In this document: positions 26,965 through 40,574 of the stretch, in pieces
Numbering within the stretch: position 1 is the stretch's first letter
Layout: each line of letters starts with the position of its first letter
Assembly: GCF_006345805.1 (NCBI RefSeq)
Contig: NC_043001.1
Location: 96,906,001-96,970,000 of the forward strand
Origin: Octopus sinensis
Taxonomy: Eukaryota
Length of the DNA: 64,000 bases
Reading direction: 5' to 3'
Notes under the pieces: model-generated
The model's input: only the letters and a program-made list of their open reading frames with translations
Told to the model about the DNA's origin: nothing
The model's database searches: none
Program-made: the position numbers and the translations under genes

Positions 26965-26978
26965 ACTTCGTGCTGCAT

Positions 26979-27023
<45 letters not shown>

Positions 27024-27065
27024 GTGTGTGTGTGGGGGGTTTTCCGTGTGTGTGTGTATGTATAT

Positions 27066-27103
<38 letters not shown>

Positions 27104-27419
27104 ACGCATACTTGCATGTTACACACATGCAGGCATGTATATTTGAGTATCCTAAATGCACATAGATGCGAGGTAACATAATTCTGTCTGTCTGTTGTGT
27201 TTGACTGCCAGTAAATTTGTGTTGTCATTTTCCGAAGCAATAATTTCCATATTCATGGAATGAGATCAAAGTAAGTGGGTCGCTGAATCTCACTAGAAAT
27301 TTTGAGCCGGATACGGCGGCAAATACAGCATTGCGGCAATCTAACAATTTGGAGATGTATAGAAGTAATACAGTTATTAATCTTAACATTGTATTTCCTC
27401 ATTATAAATATATAGGCAC

Positions 27420-27585
27420 AGTGAGGACTGTGCAATTAAGAAGCTTTTTTTTCGCAACCACCTGGTTTTGGGTTCAGTTTTATTACGTTACATTTGGCAA
27501 GTGTCTTCTACTAGGGCTCTAGGCAGGCCAAATCCTCGGGAGTGGATTTAGTGAATGGAAACTCAGAGGTTCCAGCCGTATGAAT
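27420..27585 (+). mobile_element. Diverged 5' half of SINE family A
   Basis: GGGTTCAG...TTGGCAAGTGTCTTCTACTA...GAGTGGATT...GGAAACT. Confidence 0.6.
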
Positions 27586-28211
27586 GTATGTATGTATGTA
27601 TGTATGTAGTATGTATGTATGTATGTATGTATGTATCTATCTATCTATCTATCTATCGATCTATCTATCTATACATACATACATACATACATACATACAT
27701 ACATACATACATACATACATACACATATACACGCCCCTCCTATGTATATATATATATTAAGACCTGCAGTCGCCTATCTTATTGATTCTCCTATTATCAT
27801 TTTACGATTGTTACGCTAGATAATTACAGAGTCAAGGGTGTCTTCGTGATTTATTTTACTCGTGAATTATTTGCTACGTATTGAAGTTATTTTCTCCCTG
27901 GTAGCTGGTAACGCGCGCTGAGAAAGCTTGAGCTACAATGCGAGTCCAGAAGCAAGTTCACATGAGTCCAAATACTTGAACGTATGCTGACAGATTGTCT
28001 TGAGCCATTTACCCTCTGACGGTTGATTTCTGTAGTGGTCATCAATGTATTATGGCGATTTAAATAAGGGCTTTGAATGTTATTTTCAACAGGTAGACAT
28101 ACTTAGTATAACCTTTGATAAATTTTAATCTATCAGCTAAATATATATATATATATATATATACATACATATCTATTATAATGTTTGGAGGTGATGTGCA
28201 GGTATTATATA

Positions 28212-28467
28212 TTAGAAGAAATAAGGTATTCAGAAATCTGGATTGTTTTAGATTTACAGATTTTTATTAGTATGACACATGTTTTTATAAATCTTATATT
28301 AGCGCTTGCATCTACTCTATTAGAATCTCCAGATGCAGTATTCACATTTCTTGAGATTCTACTAGAGTAGATGCAAGCGCTAATATAAGATTTAATTAAC
28401 AGTGACATATTAATAAATCTGTAAATGTAAAAACATCCAGAATTCTGAGTACCTTAGTTCTTCTTAG
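28212..28467. mobile_element. Foldback/MITE-like hairpin element (copy 1)
   Basis: Inverted arms of about 120 bp (28212-28332 and 28350-28467) around a 17-nt loop, in (TA)n. Confidence 0.7.
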
Positions 28468-28589
28468 ATATATATATATATATATATATATGTGTATGTA
28501 TGTATATATATATATATATTATATATATATATATATATATACATACATATCTATTATAATGTTTGGAGGTGATGTGCAGGTATTATATA

Positions 28590-28849
28590 TTAGAAGAAAT
28601 AAGGTATTCAGAAATCTGGATTGTTTTAGATTTACAGATTTTTATTAGTATGACACATGTTTTTATAAATCTTATATTAGCGCTTGCATCTACTCTATTA
28701 GAATCTCCAGATGCAGTATTCACATTTCTTGAGATTCTACTAGAGTAGATGCAAGCGCTAATATAAGATTTATAATAACATGTGACATATTAATAAAAAT
28801 CTGTAAATGTAAAAACATCCAGAATTCTGAGTACCTTAGTTCTTCTTAG
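28590..28849. mobile_element. Foldback/MITE-like hairpin element (copy 2 of a 378-bp tandem duplication)
   Basis: Identical ORFs at 28185 and 28563 define the 378-bp period. Confidence 0.7.
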
Positions 28850-28880
28850 ATATATATATATATATATATATATGTGTATG

Positions 28881-28929
<49 letters not shown>

Positions 28930-30439
28930 GTATGTATGATTGATTCTAGTTTCAGCTCACGATATGTGGCCATGCTGGGGCACCGCCATATGTATATATA
29001 TTTACAGTGTGTGCGTGTGTGTGTGTATTCTTGCATTTGCAAGTCACAGCCACCACCTGAGAATCAGAGTTGTTTTGTTTACGTCTCTGTATATTAGTTG
29101 TGTGGCAAAAGAGGCCGATGGAATATAGAAAGGCTTAAGAACGTCTTGGAATTGATTTGTTCGATTAAACCCTTCAAGGGGATGCCCCATCGTTAGCACA
29201 GTACTATGACAGCAAGAAGTTGATATCTGAAATGTTGTGTTTGTAAAGTTGGAATGGGAAAGAAATCATTTTTGCTTTGTACCGTATTTCAACTTACCTT
29301 TTAAAACATAGATTTTATTCTCTTTACTCATTGAAACATGACGAAAGAATCTCCTAGCTTAGTTTTTTTTCTTATATTTTCTTCTGCTTCAACCTTGATA
29401 CAACAGAGAACACTCATTAGATAATTCCGGCGACTCCACATCTTTATTGGGGTATCCATTAATATCATTGTCGTATGCATTATTCGTTTGTCATTACTCC
29501 GTCTGTCATTTCCTGGTTTACGTATTGAAAACCATTATTGAAATCATCTAATGTGTTATTACATTCTCATTACGGCATCTATCTCATTACTATTTCTTTG
29601 TGTGGGATAAGCATTACTAACATTATCTAATTCATCATTACTTTGTCATTACTAAATTGGTGTTTTCAGCCAAATCTTTGATGAATTAGCCATTACAGAG
29701 TTCATCTAAGGTCTCATTACTTTGCAATTACCTCATGGCTGTTATTACCACTTATTTGCTGGAATACTCATTATATAAATTGTCATTATTTTGTCAATAC
29801 CAAATCCGTATTAACACTACATATAGTAGGGGTACCCGTTATTAATATTATGTAAGGTCATTATATTTGATTTAGTGTATTTTCCAGTGAAAAAGTTTGA
29901 AATTCGAGGGTCACTCCTTGTTTTCATTCTCAATCTTACTATCCTGAAATTTTAGCTATGATTAGCTGTTCAGTCAAACACATAGATTACACCACTTAAG
30001 ACTGTGTGCCGTTAAACTTTCATTTTGCGTCTGTTATTGAGTGATAATTCGTTGTTAACTCCGATAAATCGGACAATGGCTCTTCTAATTATAATATATT
30101 TCTCAAACGAAGATGAGTGCTACGCGCTATCTCGTAGTCTACTGTAAAAAGAGCACTACGTCTTCTTCAATCAACATTTCATTGTCTTGAGAAATTGAAA
30201 AAAAATGTATCATATAGTGCTATGTACAGAATAGTAGAATGTAAGTGAGGTAAATCTGGCAGCTCTATGTGGGATTTAGTGCTTTCTTTTCAAACACAAG
30301 AATATTTTAAAGGAGTGTGTGTGTGTGTGTCGTTGTGTCGTTGAGTACTAAAAAATGCGGGAGAAAGAATTTGACGTGAATATGTGTCTGCTTCCATATA
30401 GGGGATGTATATGTGTAAGACACTCTTAAGCGTAGAGTG

Positions 30440-30800
30440 TGTGTGGTGGAGTATAGAAAATGCTGCCTGTCACAATATAGAAACATTTCTCGTTGCACCA
30501 ACAGACAAAATGGAAATGACTTCGCCCCGACGGATGGCGAAGGAGATGCGCCGGAACACCCACCCTGACTCGTGGTGCTCTGCGGACAAACATCTTCACC
30601 CCAAGAACGGTGAGCAGAGTTATGGCCCGGGAAGGAATAACACCAGAGGTCTCAATTGCCATAAAATCGACTGGTAAGCAGCGGGTCCTGGACTGGTAGC
30701 TAAAAACGCCAAGTTGTCGTAGATGTCACAGCATGTGGCCTCTCAACTGAGGGGCCAACCGCTTTGGTCTCTGAGTTCACACGGCTACTGAAAATATCAA
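30440..30800 (-). mobile_element. CRE-like RLE non-LTR retrotransposon C-terminal relic
   Basis: EATCCDIYDNLA, FMAIETSGVI and ESGWVFRRISFAIRRGEVISIL resemble the WDATC..., .A.ET.G.. and FQR.S.A..RGN..S.L motifs. Confidence 0.5.
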
Positions 30801-31644
30801 CCAGTTGTCCCTCGTTTACATTCCATTGCCTTTAAAGAAGTTTTCATTCTGAGTAATGTAGAGTTGAATACAAAATTTGGGAGTTGTATTTGTCTGGCTA
30901 GTGATTTGATCTCGGGCCTCCTGTTGAAGCGAAAGCAATTACAACGTGGAAATCTCGTTGTAGCCATACAAAATCAATTAAAATGCTAATATTCACATTA
31001 ATTGGCGTCAAAATTTTCGTCATGCTGTCTGCAACCTGATCCCTGACACACCTCGGCTTGCAGAGCCCAGGTGGTAGAGAGTTCAAGAATAATTTTGACA
31101 TTAAAGCATTTAATAGTTAAGTGAAGATAACTAATTTTAAATGCGTTTTTGGCTAAAATGAATACACAATAACTAACGAAAAATCACCAGACTTCTGTAT
31201 ATGCTTTTGACAATTTGCTGGCTGAGGAATTAGAATCGGACTCAGCATTAATTAGCAACGAAAGTGAAGTCAGACATATCTGGATTAAAATTGAAACTGC
31301 GCATCTTTGCTCTGTCTACGATGCCTTTGTAATATAAATCGATATCGGATCTATGCCTAATCGTCTGACTGATAAATTATTTCTTGCTACATACCCCAGA
31401 TTAATAATTGCACCCGGTATTAAAATTTACGCTACATGCTATTTGCATTAGTCGCAGGATGTATTTATCATTTTAATCAATTTCTATTAAACGGGCTTAC
31501 GTAAGACTGAATTGTACATGTCCACTGTGTCAAATATCAGATCTAGTTCAGTCAGCAAATCCTATTTTAATCTATAGAATTAGTATTCAAACACACGCAC
31601 GTGCATATACTTACATGGCCAATCAGGCACATTATTCATACACC

Positions 31645-32300
<656 letters not shown>

Positions 32301-33443
32301 TTGTTACGTTAACACAGTTAATCCGTAAAAACGGTTTTCACGTAAACTGTAGGACTACATAATACTTTTTATATTAAATTAAACTTAAACTTCTACAAAT
32401 AAACTTTTGGATAACTTCGAAAATTCGGCTTGCTTTTCTTCTGCAGATTGCACTATATTTGGGCATCTTTTTTTTATTTTAAATAGTGAAAAGATAATTG
32501 GGTTTGATGTAAAAAGTTTCTGAAGAAGATGAGTGGAAAGGTGGAATAATTACGCCAACACTCGCATGGTATTTTACGAAAGGCTGGGAACGAAGGTCAC
32601 AGCTGCATGTTGGTAACGCTCATTTACTGCTATCACGAGGTCCCGAGTCAAGTGGACAGTAATTTACACATACCGCCTCGCACATACAAGCGTATATATT
32701 ATAACCATCTTTCTGTTTCAGTCTATCACATCTATTCACATAGCTTTAGACGGACCGGGTCCATAGCAGAAGACGCTCGCCCAAGGTGCCAGGTAGTGAA
32801 ACTGAAGCCTCCTTACCACACAGTCAGGCAAGCACCTTCTACATAAGCAGTATTATATTCTCATTTCTTTCTTTTCGGGTTTTGTCAGTAGCATATATTC
32901 ACTAACAACCGCATGTTAAAACAAAATCTGCCTCTAACGATGCAAGAAAGTAGTGGTGGAACAATGTCTGGTTCTAATGGCTGAAGAAAAGTCACTGAGA
33001 TGCAAAAGAAGCACTACTAGATCAAAATAACTACATATGTATTATACTGAATATAAATACATATCCTAAAAGCAGTATTCAGTGAAACACAATATTCCAC
33101 ACGGATTTGCTATTACATAATATTTTCGTATATCTCTATCGAAGGATATTGTCTCAGTATGCGGTGCGCAGAGAGTAAAGGTTAATGACAAAGTCCAATA
33201 AGACAGAAATACGCAATACGCGAATAAGTACATTGTTGTCAGATAAATACCACAGTAAATTTGATTTCTTCCGATGTTTTTACATTACGTATGATATACA
33301 GATGTGGGTACATGTATACACATTCATGTACACACACACACACACATACACAAACACATGCTCATGACCGTTTTGACAACATATCATGAGTGAATATTAT
33401 ACAGGCGTGGTTGTATGGTAAGAAGCCTGTATGGTAAGAAAGC

Positions 33444-33840
33444 GGCGAGATGGCAGAAACGTTAGCACGCCGGGTGAAATGCGTAGCCGTATTTCGTCTG
33501 CCGTTACGTTCTGAGTTCAAATTCCGCCGAGGTCGATAAATTAAGTACCAGTTACCCACTGGGGTCGATATAATCGACTTAGTCCCTTTGTTTTTCCTTG
33601 TTTATCTTCCCTATCTTTAGCCCCTTGTGGGCAATAAAGAAATATGAAACGTTAACACGCCGGGCGAAATGCTTAGCGGTTTTTCGTCTACCGTTACGTT
33701 CTGAGTTCAAATTTCTCCTTCCGGGGTCGATAAATTAAGTACCAGTCACGCACTAGAGTCGATGTAATCGACTTACTCCCTTTGTCTGTTCTTGTTTGTC
33801 CCCTGTATGTTTAATCACTTGCAGGCAATAAAGAAATAAG
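33444..33840 (+). mobile_element. Head-to-tail dimer of SINE family B
   Basis: Two units. The second starts at GAAACGTTAACACGCC immediately after tail ...GGGCAATAAAGAAATA. Confidence 0.85.
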
Positions 33841-33849
33841 AATCTTCGT

Positions 33850-34140
33850 TCTCGGTTCAGTCCCATTGCGTGACATCTTGGAGAAGTGACTTCTGCTATA
33901 TGCTATACCCTCGGACCTACCAAAGCCATGTGAGGCAGATTTGGTAGATGGAGAAACCCATCTGATACACATGCACACAGACACACACATATGGGGGAAA
34001 TTACGGGAGTGGTTCTGTGCGCGGGTGTCTGTTTGTGCGTGTGTGTGCGTGCATGCGTGTGTGTCTATGTTTGTCCCCCACCACCATTTGACAACCAGTG
34101 TTGGTGTGTTTATGTCTCTGTAGCTCAGCAGCTCTTGAAA
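33850..34140 (+). mobile_element. Diverged SINE family A
   Basis: GGTTCAGTCCCATTGCGTG...GATTTGGTAGA...TTTGTCCCCCACCACCATTTGACAACC. Confidence 0.65.
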
Positions 34141-34174
34141 AGGGACGTTTATATATGCATTTATATGTAATTGT

Positions 34175-34479
34175 GAAGGTACGTAAATTAAGGGTTGCGG
34201 TATTCAGCTGATGATCACAAGGTCGCGAGCTCAAGGTCGCGCCCTATCCTTGAGCAAGACAGTTTATTTCAGGTTGCGCCAATCCACGCAGCCTGCAATA
34301 AATAGTAATACCAGTATTTCAAAGGACCAGCGTTGTCACATTTCTGTGCCACGCTGAATCTCCCTGACAAATACGTTACGGATACACGTCTTCGTAGAGT
34401 ACACGTTAAGTTCCCGAGGAATCTGTTCCGGTGATAGTGTCATCTGGAAGCCTCGTCATCGTACCCGACGGAATGCCAG
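34175..34479 (+). mobile_element. tRNA-derived SINE (family D), diverged
   Basis: TCCTTGAGCAAGACAGTTTATTTC central block resembles the 39052-39297 SINE. Distinct 3' part ...CCTCGTCATCGTACCCGACGGAATGCCA. Confidence 0.55.
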
Positions 34480-34491
34480 TCTGTCATATAT

Positions 34492-34535
<44 letters not shown>

Positions 34536-34565
34536 GTGTGTGTGTGTGTGTGTGTGTATGACAGA

Positions 34566-34716
34566 CTGGCGTGGTGTAGTAAAAAGCTTGCTTCCCAACC
34601 ACATGGTTCCGGGATCAGTCCCACCGTGTGGTAACTTGGGTAAGTGTCCTCTATAGCCTCGGGCCAACAAATGCCTTGTGAGTGGATTTGGTAGACGGAA
34701 ACTGAAAGAAGCCCGT

Positions 34717-34765
<49 letters not shown>

Positions 34766-34990
34766 GTATACATTTGTGTATTCATGCCTGTGCTTCTATC
34801 TCCAGTATCGCTTGACAACCGATGCTGGTGTGTTTACGTACCTGTAACTTAGAGGAGATACAGAAGAGACCGATAGAATAACTACCAGGCTTACAAAGAA
34901 TAAGTCGAGGGGTTAATTTCTTCGATTAAAAGGCGGTACTCCAGCATGGCCAGAGTCAAATTGACTGAAACAAGTTCAACAATAAAAGAA
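34566..34990 (+). mobile_element. SINE family A, full length
   Basis: Head, central (TA)n and tail are all present. Confidence 0.9.
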
Positions 34991-35168
34991 TACCTATGTT
35001 AGGTTTCGGATTCTACAGTCTTTGCCAGTGCGCTGCGTTTAGAAAACTAACGAAAACTAACGAAATAAGCTCCAATATATGGATCTCCGTTTATCAAATT
35101 GTAGCGATTCAATGCAGGGCATGAACAATTGACCTCAATATATAGCCTTTCAATACTACGGTTTAAAA

Positions 35169-35392
35169 AGGCGTGAACTGGCAGAAATGATAGCCGGCCG
35201 GGCGAAATGCTGAGTATTTACGTTCTGAGTTCAAATTCCGCAGAGGTCGACTGTGCCTTTCATCCTTTCGGGGTCGATAAATTAAGTACCAGTTACGCAA
35301 TCGACTTAACCCCTTTGTCTGTTCTTGTTTGTCCCCACTGTGTTTGTCCCCACTGTGTTTGTCCCCACTGTGTTTGTCCCCCTGTGGGCAAT
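35169..35392 (+). mobile_element. SINE family B with 15-bp unit amplified in the tail
   Basis: Family B body. TGTTTGTCCCCACTG x3 plus a partial copy at 35326-35384. Confidence 0.85.
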
Positions 35393-35776
35393 ATATATTG
35401 CAATTAAGTGTCATGTACTGATGTTCTTAGTTTAACTTCTGACAAAAGTCACATCAACATGCACTAGGTTTACATAAGTATAATTTCTTTTGGTTTACGT
35501 AATTTTAAAATCAGCAGATTGCAGAGTGTTTCAGGAAGCTCAGACTTCACAATAAATTGTATGATTTGTACCACTACACTTTTAACCTCAAATAGTTTGT
35601 TGTCAGAACAAATCCCTGAAGATTACGAGCTAATGCAACGTATTTAGGAAAACCTAAATGAAAAGAATATAAAAAACAAATACAAGGCCCATACAAACAT
35701 ATCTATATACATATACATACAGGCATATATATGCATGTTTGTCTACATATATGTACATATCTATGTATATATATAT

Positions 35777-35849
<73 letters not shown>

Positions 35850-37176
35850 GTACATATATACATATATATGTCATATGTGCATATATAAATATATATATAT
35901 ATATGTATGTATTATATATATATATATATATATACATGCATACGCGTGCACACATACACACACATATATATATAAACATACATACATCTATACACAAACA
36001 CATACACACAGATACAACAATGCATTGGAAGGGAGAGAGATCGATAAACAGATAAGAGGGAACGAGAGAAAGACAGAAGTGATAGTAGAGGGTGAATGAA
36101 ATATTTCATTATTTTTTTCTGTCTTTCTCCTTCATTTTGCAATAGAAAGCAAAAGCAAAACTTCAGAGAAACGCAAAGAAAAAATTCGATCTTCTAATTG
36201 AAGTAGCTTTATATTTTACGTGAAAAGCTTTAAATCTTTTATTACTTTCTTTTTATTATTCAAATACGAAATACTCTTGTGTTTTAAATATTTTTGTTAT
36301 AAAATATGTATGCACGTATATTTCTGTTCAGTTTCTTCCGCTATCGCGCTTCCTCTCTTTGTATATATATATACACGAGAGCGTATATTTACTAAAACAC
36401 ATCATACACATTAACACATTCACACATACCCACAAATACACAAGCTTGGGCTGACATAAATACATACATATATATATAATGTTCAGCTCTTCTAATTATG
36501 ACCAGAAAGATGCTCTCTGACGCTGCAATATAGTTGAAAATAATGCAAGCCATGCATAACTAGAAATGATAGATAGGTCATGTTGTACTTGCAAAAAAAA
36601 AAGACGAATAAAAAAGTAAATCTCTAGAATTTATTTTGTTTACCCTAAAGTACAAAGTGAGAAAAATTATCGCAAATCGGTAGTATGATGCAGTTTTGAC
36701 GACCATTTTATCCGTGAGTGTATCGTACGCACAATCTATAAATTTTTAGCTTGACGTAAATTCAATCCGTTGTTCGATGCGACACCACCTCCTGACCTTC
36801 GGACGTCATTCTGTTGCATATATTTTGAGCAGGTTTCCGGTTTGGAGATAATTTCCTTCCTTTTTCCTTGTAATATTGGTGACTCTGAGAAACATCATTG
36901 CTGCCGATCTACCTCACGTATGAAAAACGAATTAAAATGCCTTGAACCGGAAATAGAATCACCTTTCTAACAAGAACATTAAGCTTTGAGAACATATGTA
37001 TTGAAAGACATATTCGAAAGACATGACTTTATAAATTGAGCCAATTTCCCAGGCTACTCTAGCAAGCGGTTACTTGTCACATAGTAATAAGGTCAACATT
37101 TTATAAAGTGCAGATTGATTGCGTCGATTTACAAAAAATGCGAGAGGTTTATTGTGTCGTTTTCACACATATGCAG

Positions 37177-37250
37177 TTGGAAGTTGAATTCGTACGACGG
37201 ATATGAAAACATAGCAGAACGGAAAAAAACCCATGGAAGTTTTTATCCAA
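37177..37250 (+). CDS. Candidate internal exon
   Basis: TTTTCACACATATGCAG acceptor, GTAAGT donor, a single open frame WKLNSYDGYENIAERKKTHGSFYP. Confidence 0.25.
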
Positions 37251-38396
37251 GTAAGTTACTCTGGTAATCTGACATTTTGTCTACTTCACTACCTTACTGA
37301 AAGAGAATATGGAAGAGAGAAAACGAAATAAGGTGAATGTTAATTTTATAAAATATAATCGCATTACCGTGTCTCAGAAATCCAGAGGAAATATTTTTGA
37401 TGCTAAATCGCCTGGACATAACTAGATACAAATAAACTCTGCGTCTGACTATTGGAATATTTCAGACGCTGCCTGTGAATATACTCGAATATTTCTAATC
37501 TCTTTGTATTATTTTCTTCTATGAATTATGGTAAATTGAGCTTTATCCAACAATAGGATTATCTCTCTGGAATGATTTGGGAAATCAGAGAAAAATCCGT
37601 TGAACAACATAATGTACGAGTATTTATTCGAAGATTCTCACGTTAAACATTTTAAATAAAGTATTTAGATTTTAATGACTATATTGACAACTGCAAATTT
37701 GCAGATAATTACAGGGGAAACATTTAAAAACAACATCACAAAGCTATTGATATAATCACGAACGTTTGATTTGACGAAAATATGCTGATTTCTAAATTTC
37801 GCGGTGGTTAGAAAACATGACTTCAAAGATAGGGAAAAATGTGTTAGTGTGACGTTAATGCCTATCTCAGAGCAATTGTCACGAAAAAGCTCTTGACAAA
37901 GAGGGAGGGTTACCATTTGTGGAAAAAGGCATTTTCGTCATTTGAGAAAAGTGAAAAAAAAAGTAGCACATTCACCTGCCGTTTGATGTTTTAATTGTAC
38001 GAGCAAACAAGAATTGTTAATTAGATTCCTCGCATATCTGCAATACAGATTCCTGGAACTGGTTGTAATGAAGAAGTCTTCGGTTCTTTGATAGACTCTG
38101 TCGTGCAGGATGTAGAAAACTTGTATCTGTGAATGAAATCCAATTTCTATTAAGTTACATGCCATTGTAAACTCAGATCTAAGTACCTAATACCTGCGTG
38201 AGTTGAGAGTATTAACAGTCTGGGAGATATCTTATGGTAGTGGAATAGTATTTAACTGCTATTTCTAAATTTTGGTATCTGGTGAAGCTATTTTTGCTGA
38301 ACCCTAATTATAATTATGTTTATAATTATAGAATTTTTGTACCTAATACTAGATGTAGAAACGTTTGTAATTTTATTGAAGTCGAATTTTCCTCAG

Positions 38397-38460
38397 CATG
38401 GATCAGTGTTTCGACTTTCTGCACATCAGACGCCAGAAACAATATAATTTGGCGATGATT
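38397..38460 (+). CDS. Candidate internal exon
   Basis: TTTTCCTCAG acceptor, GTAAGA donor, a single open frame MDQCFDFLHIRRQKQYNLAMI. Confidence 0.25.
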
Positions 38461-39051
38461 GTAAGATATGAGTTTTATAAAGAATACACGAATTCATTGG
38501 TTCTAGTTCGTGATATTGAAAATGTGTAGTGAACAATTTAGACATGTTTAGTTACTGAAGTAGAAGTATGTTTTAGGAATGAGAAAGATATAAAGGGCGG
38601 TAGGTGTAGTGTTGAGTGTGGTGATTTGAATATATGGGGGTATACCCGTGGAGTAAAATTGTTTTTGGTGTATGGTTAGTACACTACGAAGCCAGACGAT
38701 TGTGACAACATACAGAATTTCTGATTTTAAACTTGTGCATAAATCTTGTGCATAAGTGTTAATAGCAACCTTATTGCTTTCGCGTATATACATATATATC
38801 CACTGATGTCAAACTTTGAGATTTTCATCTCAAATCCCAAAATTTTATTGAGTGAACATCGTCCCAAATCGGGCGTGAACATTTGTGATTAGTGAATAAG
38901 TGTTTGTTTTTTATTAAGTTTTAGAATACGTACGTACACTGGAATACTTGGCACTCTGTTGTCATATTTCTGTTAAAGTGACTTTTATATACAACTCAGG
39001 TAACAGAAATAAAACTGCCCCATGAGCTAATCAAAAGTTCATTAAAATGAA

Positions 39052-39297
39052 TGCGCCCTTTTAAAGTCTAGCCAGACTCATGGGCCCGGTGTTCTGGTTT
39101 CAATGGTATATGCGTTCCTCAGCTGAACGGGACGCCAGTCCATCGCAGCGTTACTCATTTTTGCCAGCTGCGTGGACTGGAGCAACGTGAAATGATGTCT
39201 TTTGCTCAAGAACACAACGCGTCACCCGGTCCAGGAATTGAAACCACAATCTTACGATCATGATGCTGACGCCCTAACCAACAAGCCACGCGCCTCC
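39052..39297 (-). mobile_element. V-domain-like tRNA-derived SINE (family E)
   Basis: GAGGCGCGTGGCTTGTTGGTTAGGG...GGTTTCAATTCCTGG head, then GCTCCAGTCCACGCAGCTGGCAAAAATGAGTA...CTGCGATGGACTGGCGTCCCGT, which resembles the V-SINE domain. Confidence 0.7.
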
Positions 39298-39924
39298 ATG
39301 CTATCACTATTACCTTGCCGCATAGACGAGCATATGAGCTCTTTCGAACACCATTACAAAATTACTACAATATATTTGAAAGCACGTCTACAAGATATAC
39401 ATTTGAGGAAACTCATCAGATATCGCACGGTCTGTCTGAAGAAAGATCAGTCAATGCAACAATAATTACAAAACAGCGCAAAACATATGTCAATAAAATA
39501 TTCGCTGTCAGCCAGCCATCACAAGTAATGTCAGGAATACGGCTCTAATACTGACATTCAGATAACATGATTTTTGATAAATATTTTTTCGAGAAATACA
39601 AGACAAAGAATTCGTACCGGGAATTATCCAGTGTATTGTGTGAACGACTCAGCAATTTTGATGATCTTTATGAATTTCTGTACTGGGTTTTACCGTGAAA
39701 CCGTAGTACGATGATAGTTATGCGGCATACTATTCTTGTTGGTAAGAATAAACTTTCTGAAACGGATTGAGAAATATTGCCAGGTGATGCGGGTTCGGGT
39801 CCCAAAGAGTTATCGAGTTTTCTCTCCGTTACTTTTAAAACCAATATTTATACCCAATTATTTATAGATTTGTCTGCTTCAGGCTCCACTGTTCCACAAA
39901 AGAATTACACAGTACATGCACCCC

Positions 39925-39968
<44 letters not shown>

Positions 39969-39979
39969 TATATATATAT

Positions 39980-40247
39980 TACATCATATATAAACAAGCA
40001 TAAGTTTGTTTTGGAAGCGCTGAAATGTATTGTAGTACAAGTAGAAAGATATATTTTTCAACGCTTAAATACTGATGGAACAGTATATCTAGGATAAAAT
40101 CCTTACAGGACAGAACAATCTGTCATCAACCAGCCATGAGTATCCCTTCAATTTCCGGTAAAAAATGCTTTACCATTGATATCTTCCTACTTGTACTACA
40201 ATACATTTCAGCGCTTCAAGAACATATGTTTGTTTACATATGATGTA
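39980..40247. mobile_element. MITE-like element with ~70-bp terminal inverted repeats
   Basis: Left GAAGCGCTGAAATGTATTGTAGTACAAGTAG is the reverse complement of right CTACTTGTACTACAATACATTTCAGCGCTTC. Ends TACATCAT / ATGATGTA. Confidence 0.7.
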
Positions 40248-40440
40248 AACTCTATTCCATCTAGCATTTCTAGATGAGTTTATAAATTCTAAATTGCAGA
40301 AGAATTTGTCAGTAAAGCAATTCAGGTTAAACCGTTAAGTTATTGGCCTACTTCACCAAGTATCTTTGCCCCTCACCTTACAGGTATGGTTTGGTACAAT
40401 AAACGTCATTGAGCACTTCTCGCTACGCATTCTAATCTCT

Positions 40441-40573
40441 ATACATACATACATACATACATACATACATACATACATACATACATACATACATACATAC
40501 ATACATACATACATACGTACATACATACATACATACATACATACATACATACATACATACATACATACATACA
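40441..40573. repeat. (TACA)n microsatellite
   Basis: Direct reading. Confidence 0.95.
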
Positions 40574-40574
40574 T

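Noticed and set aside
35326-35384. TGTTTGTCCCCACTG x3-4 direct repeats
   Set aside because: There are no spacers, so this is slippage within a SINE tail, not a CRISPR array. No CRISPR or cas signal was seen anywhere in the window.
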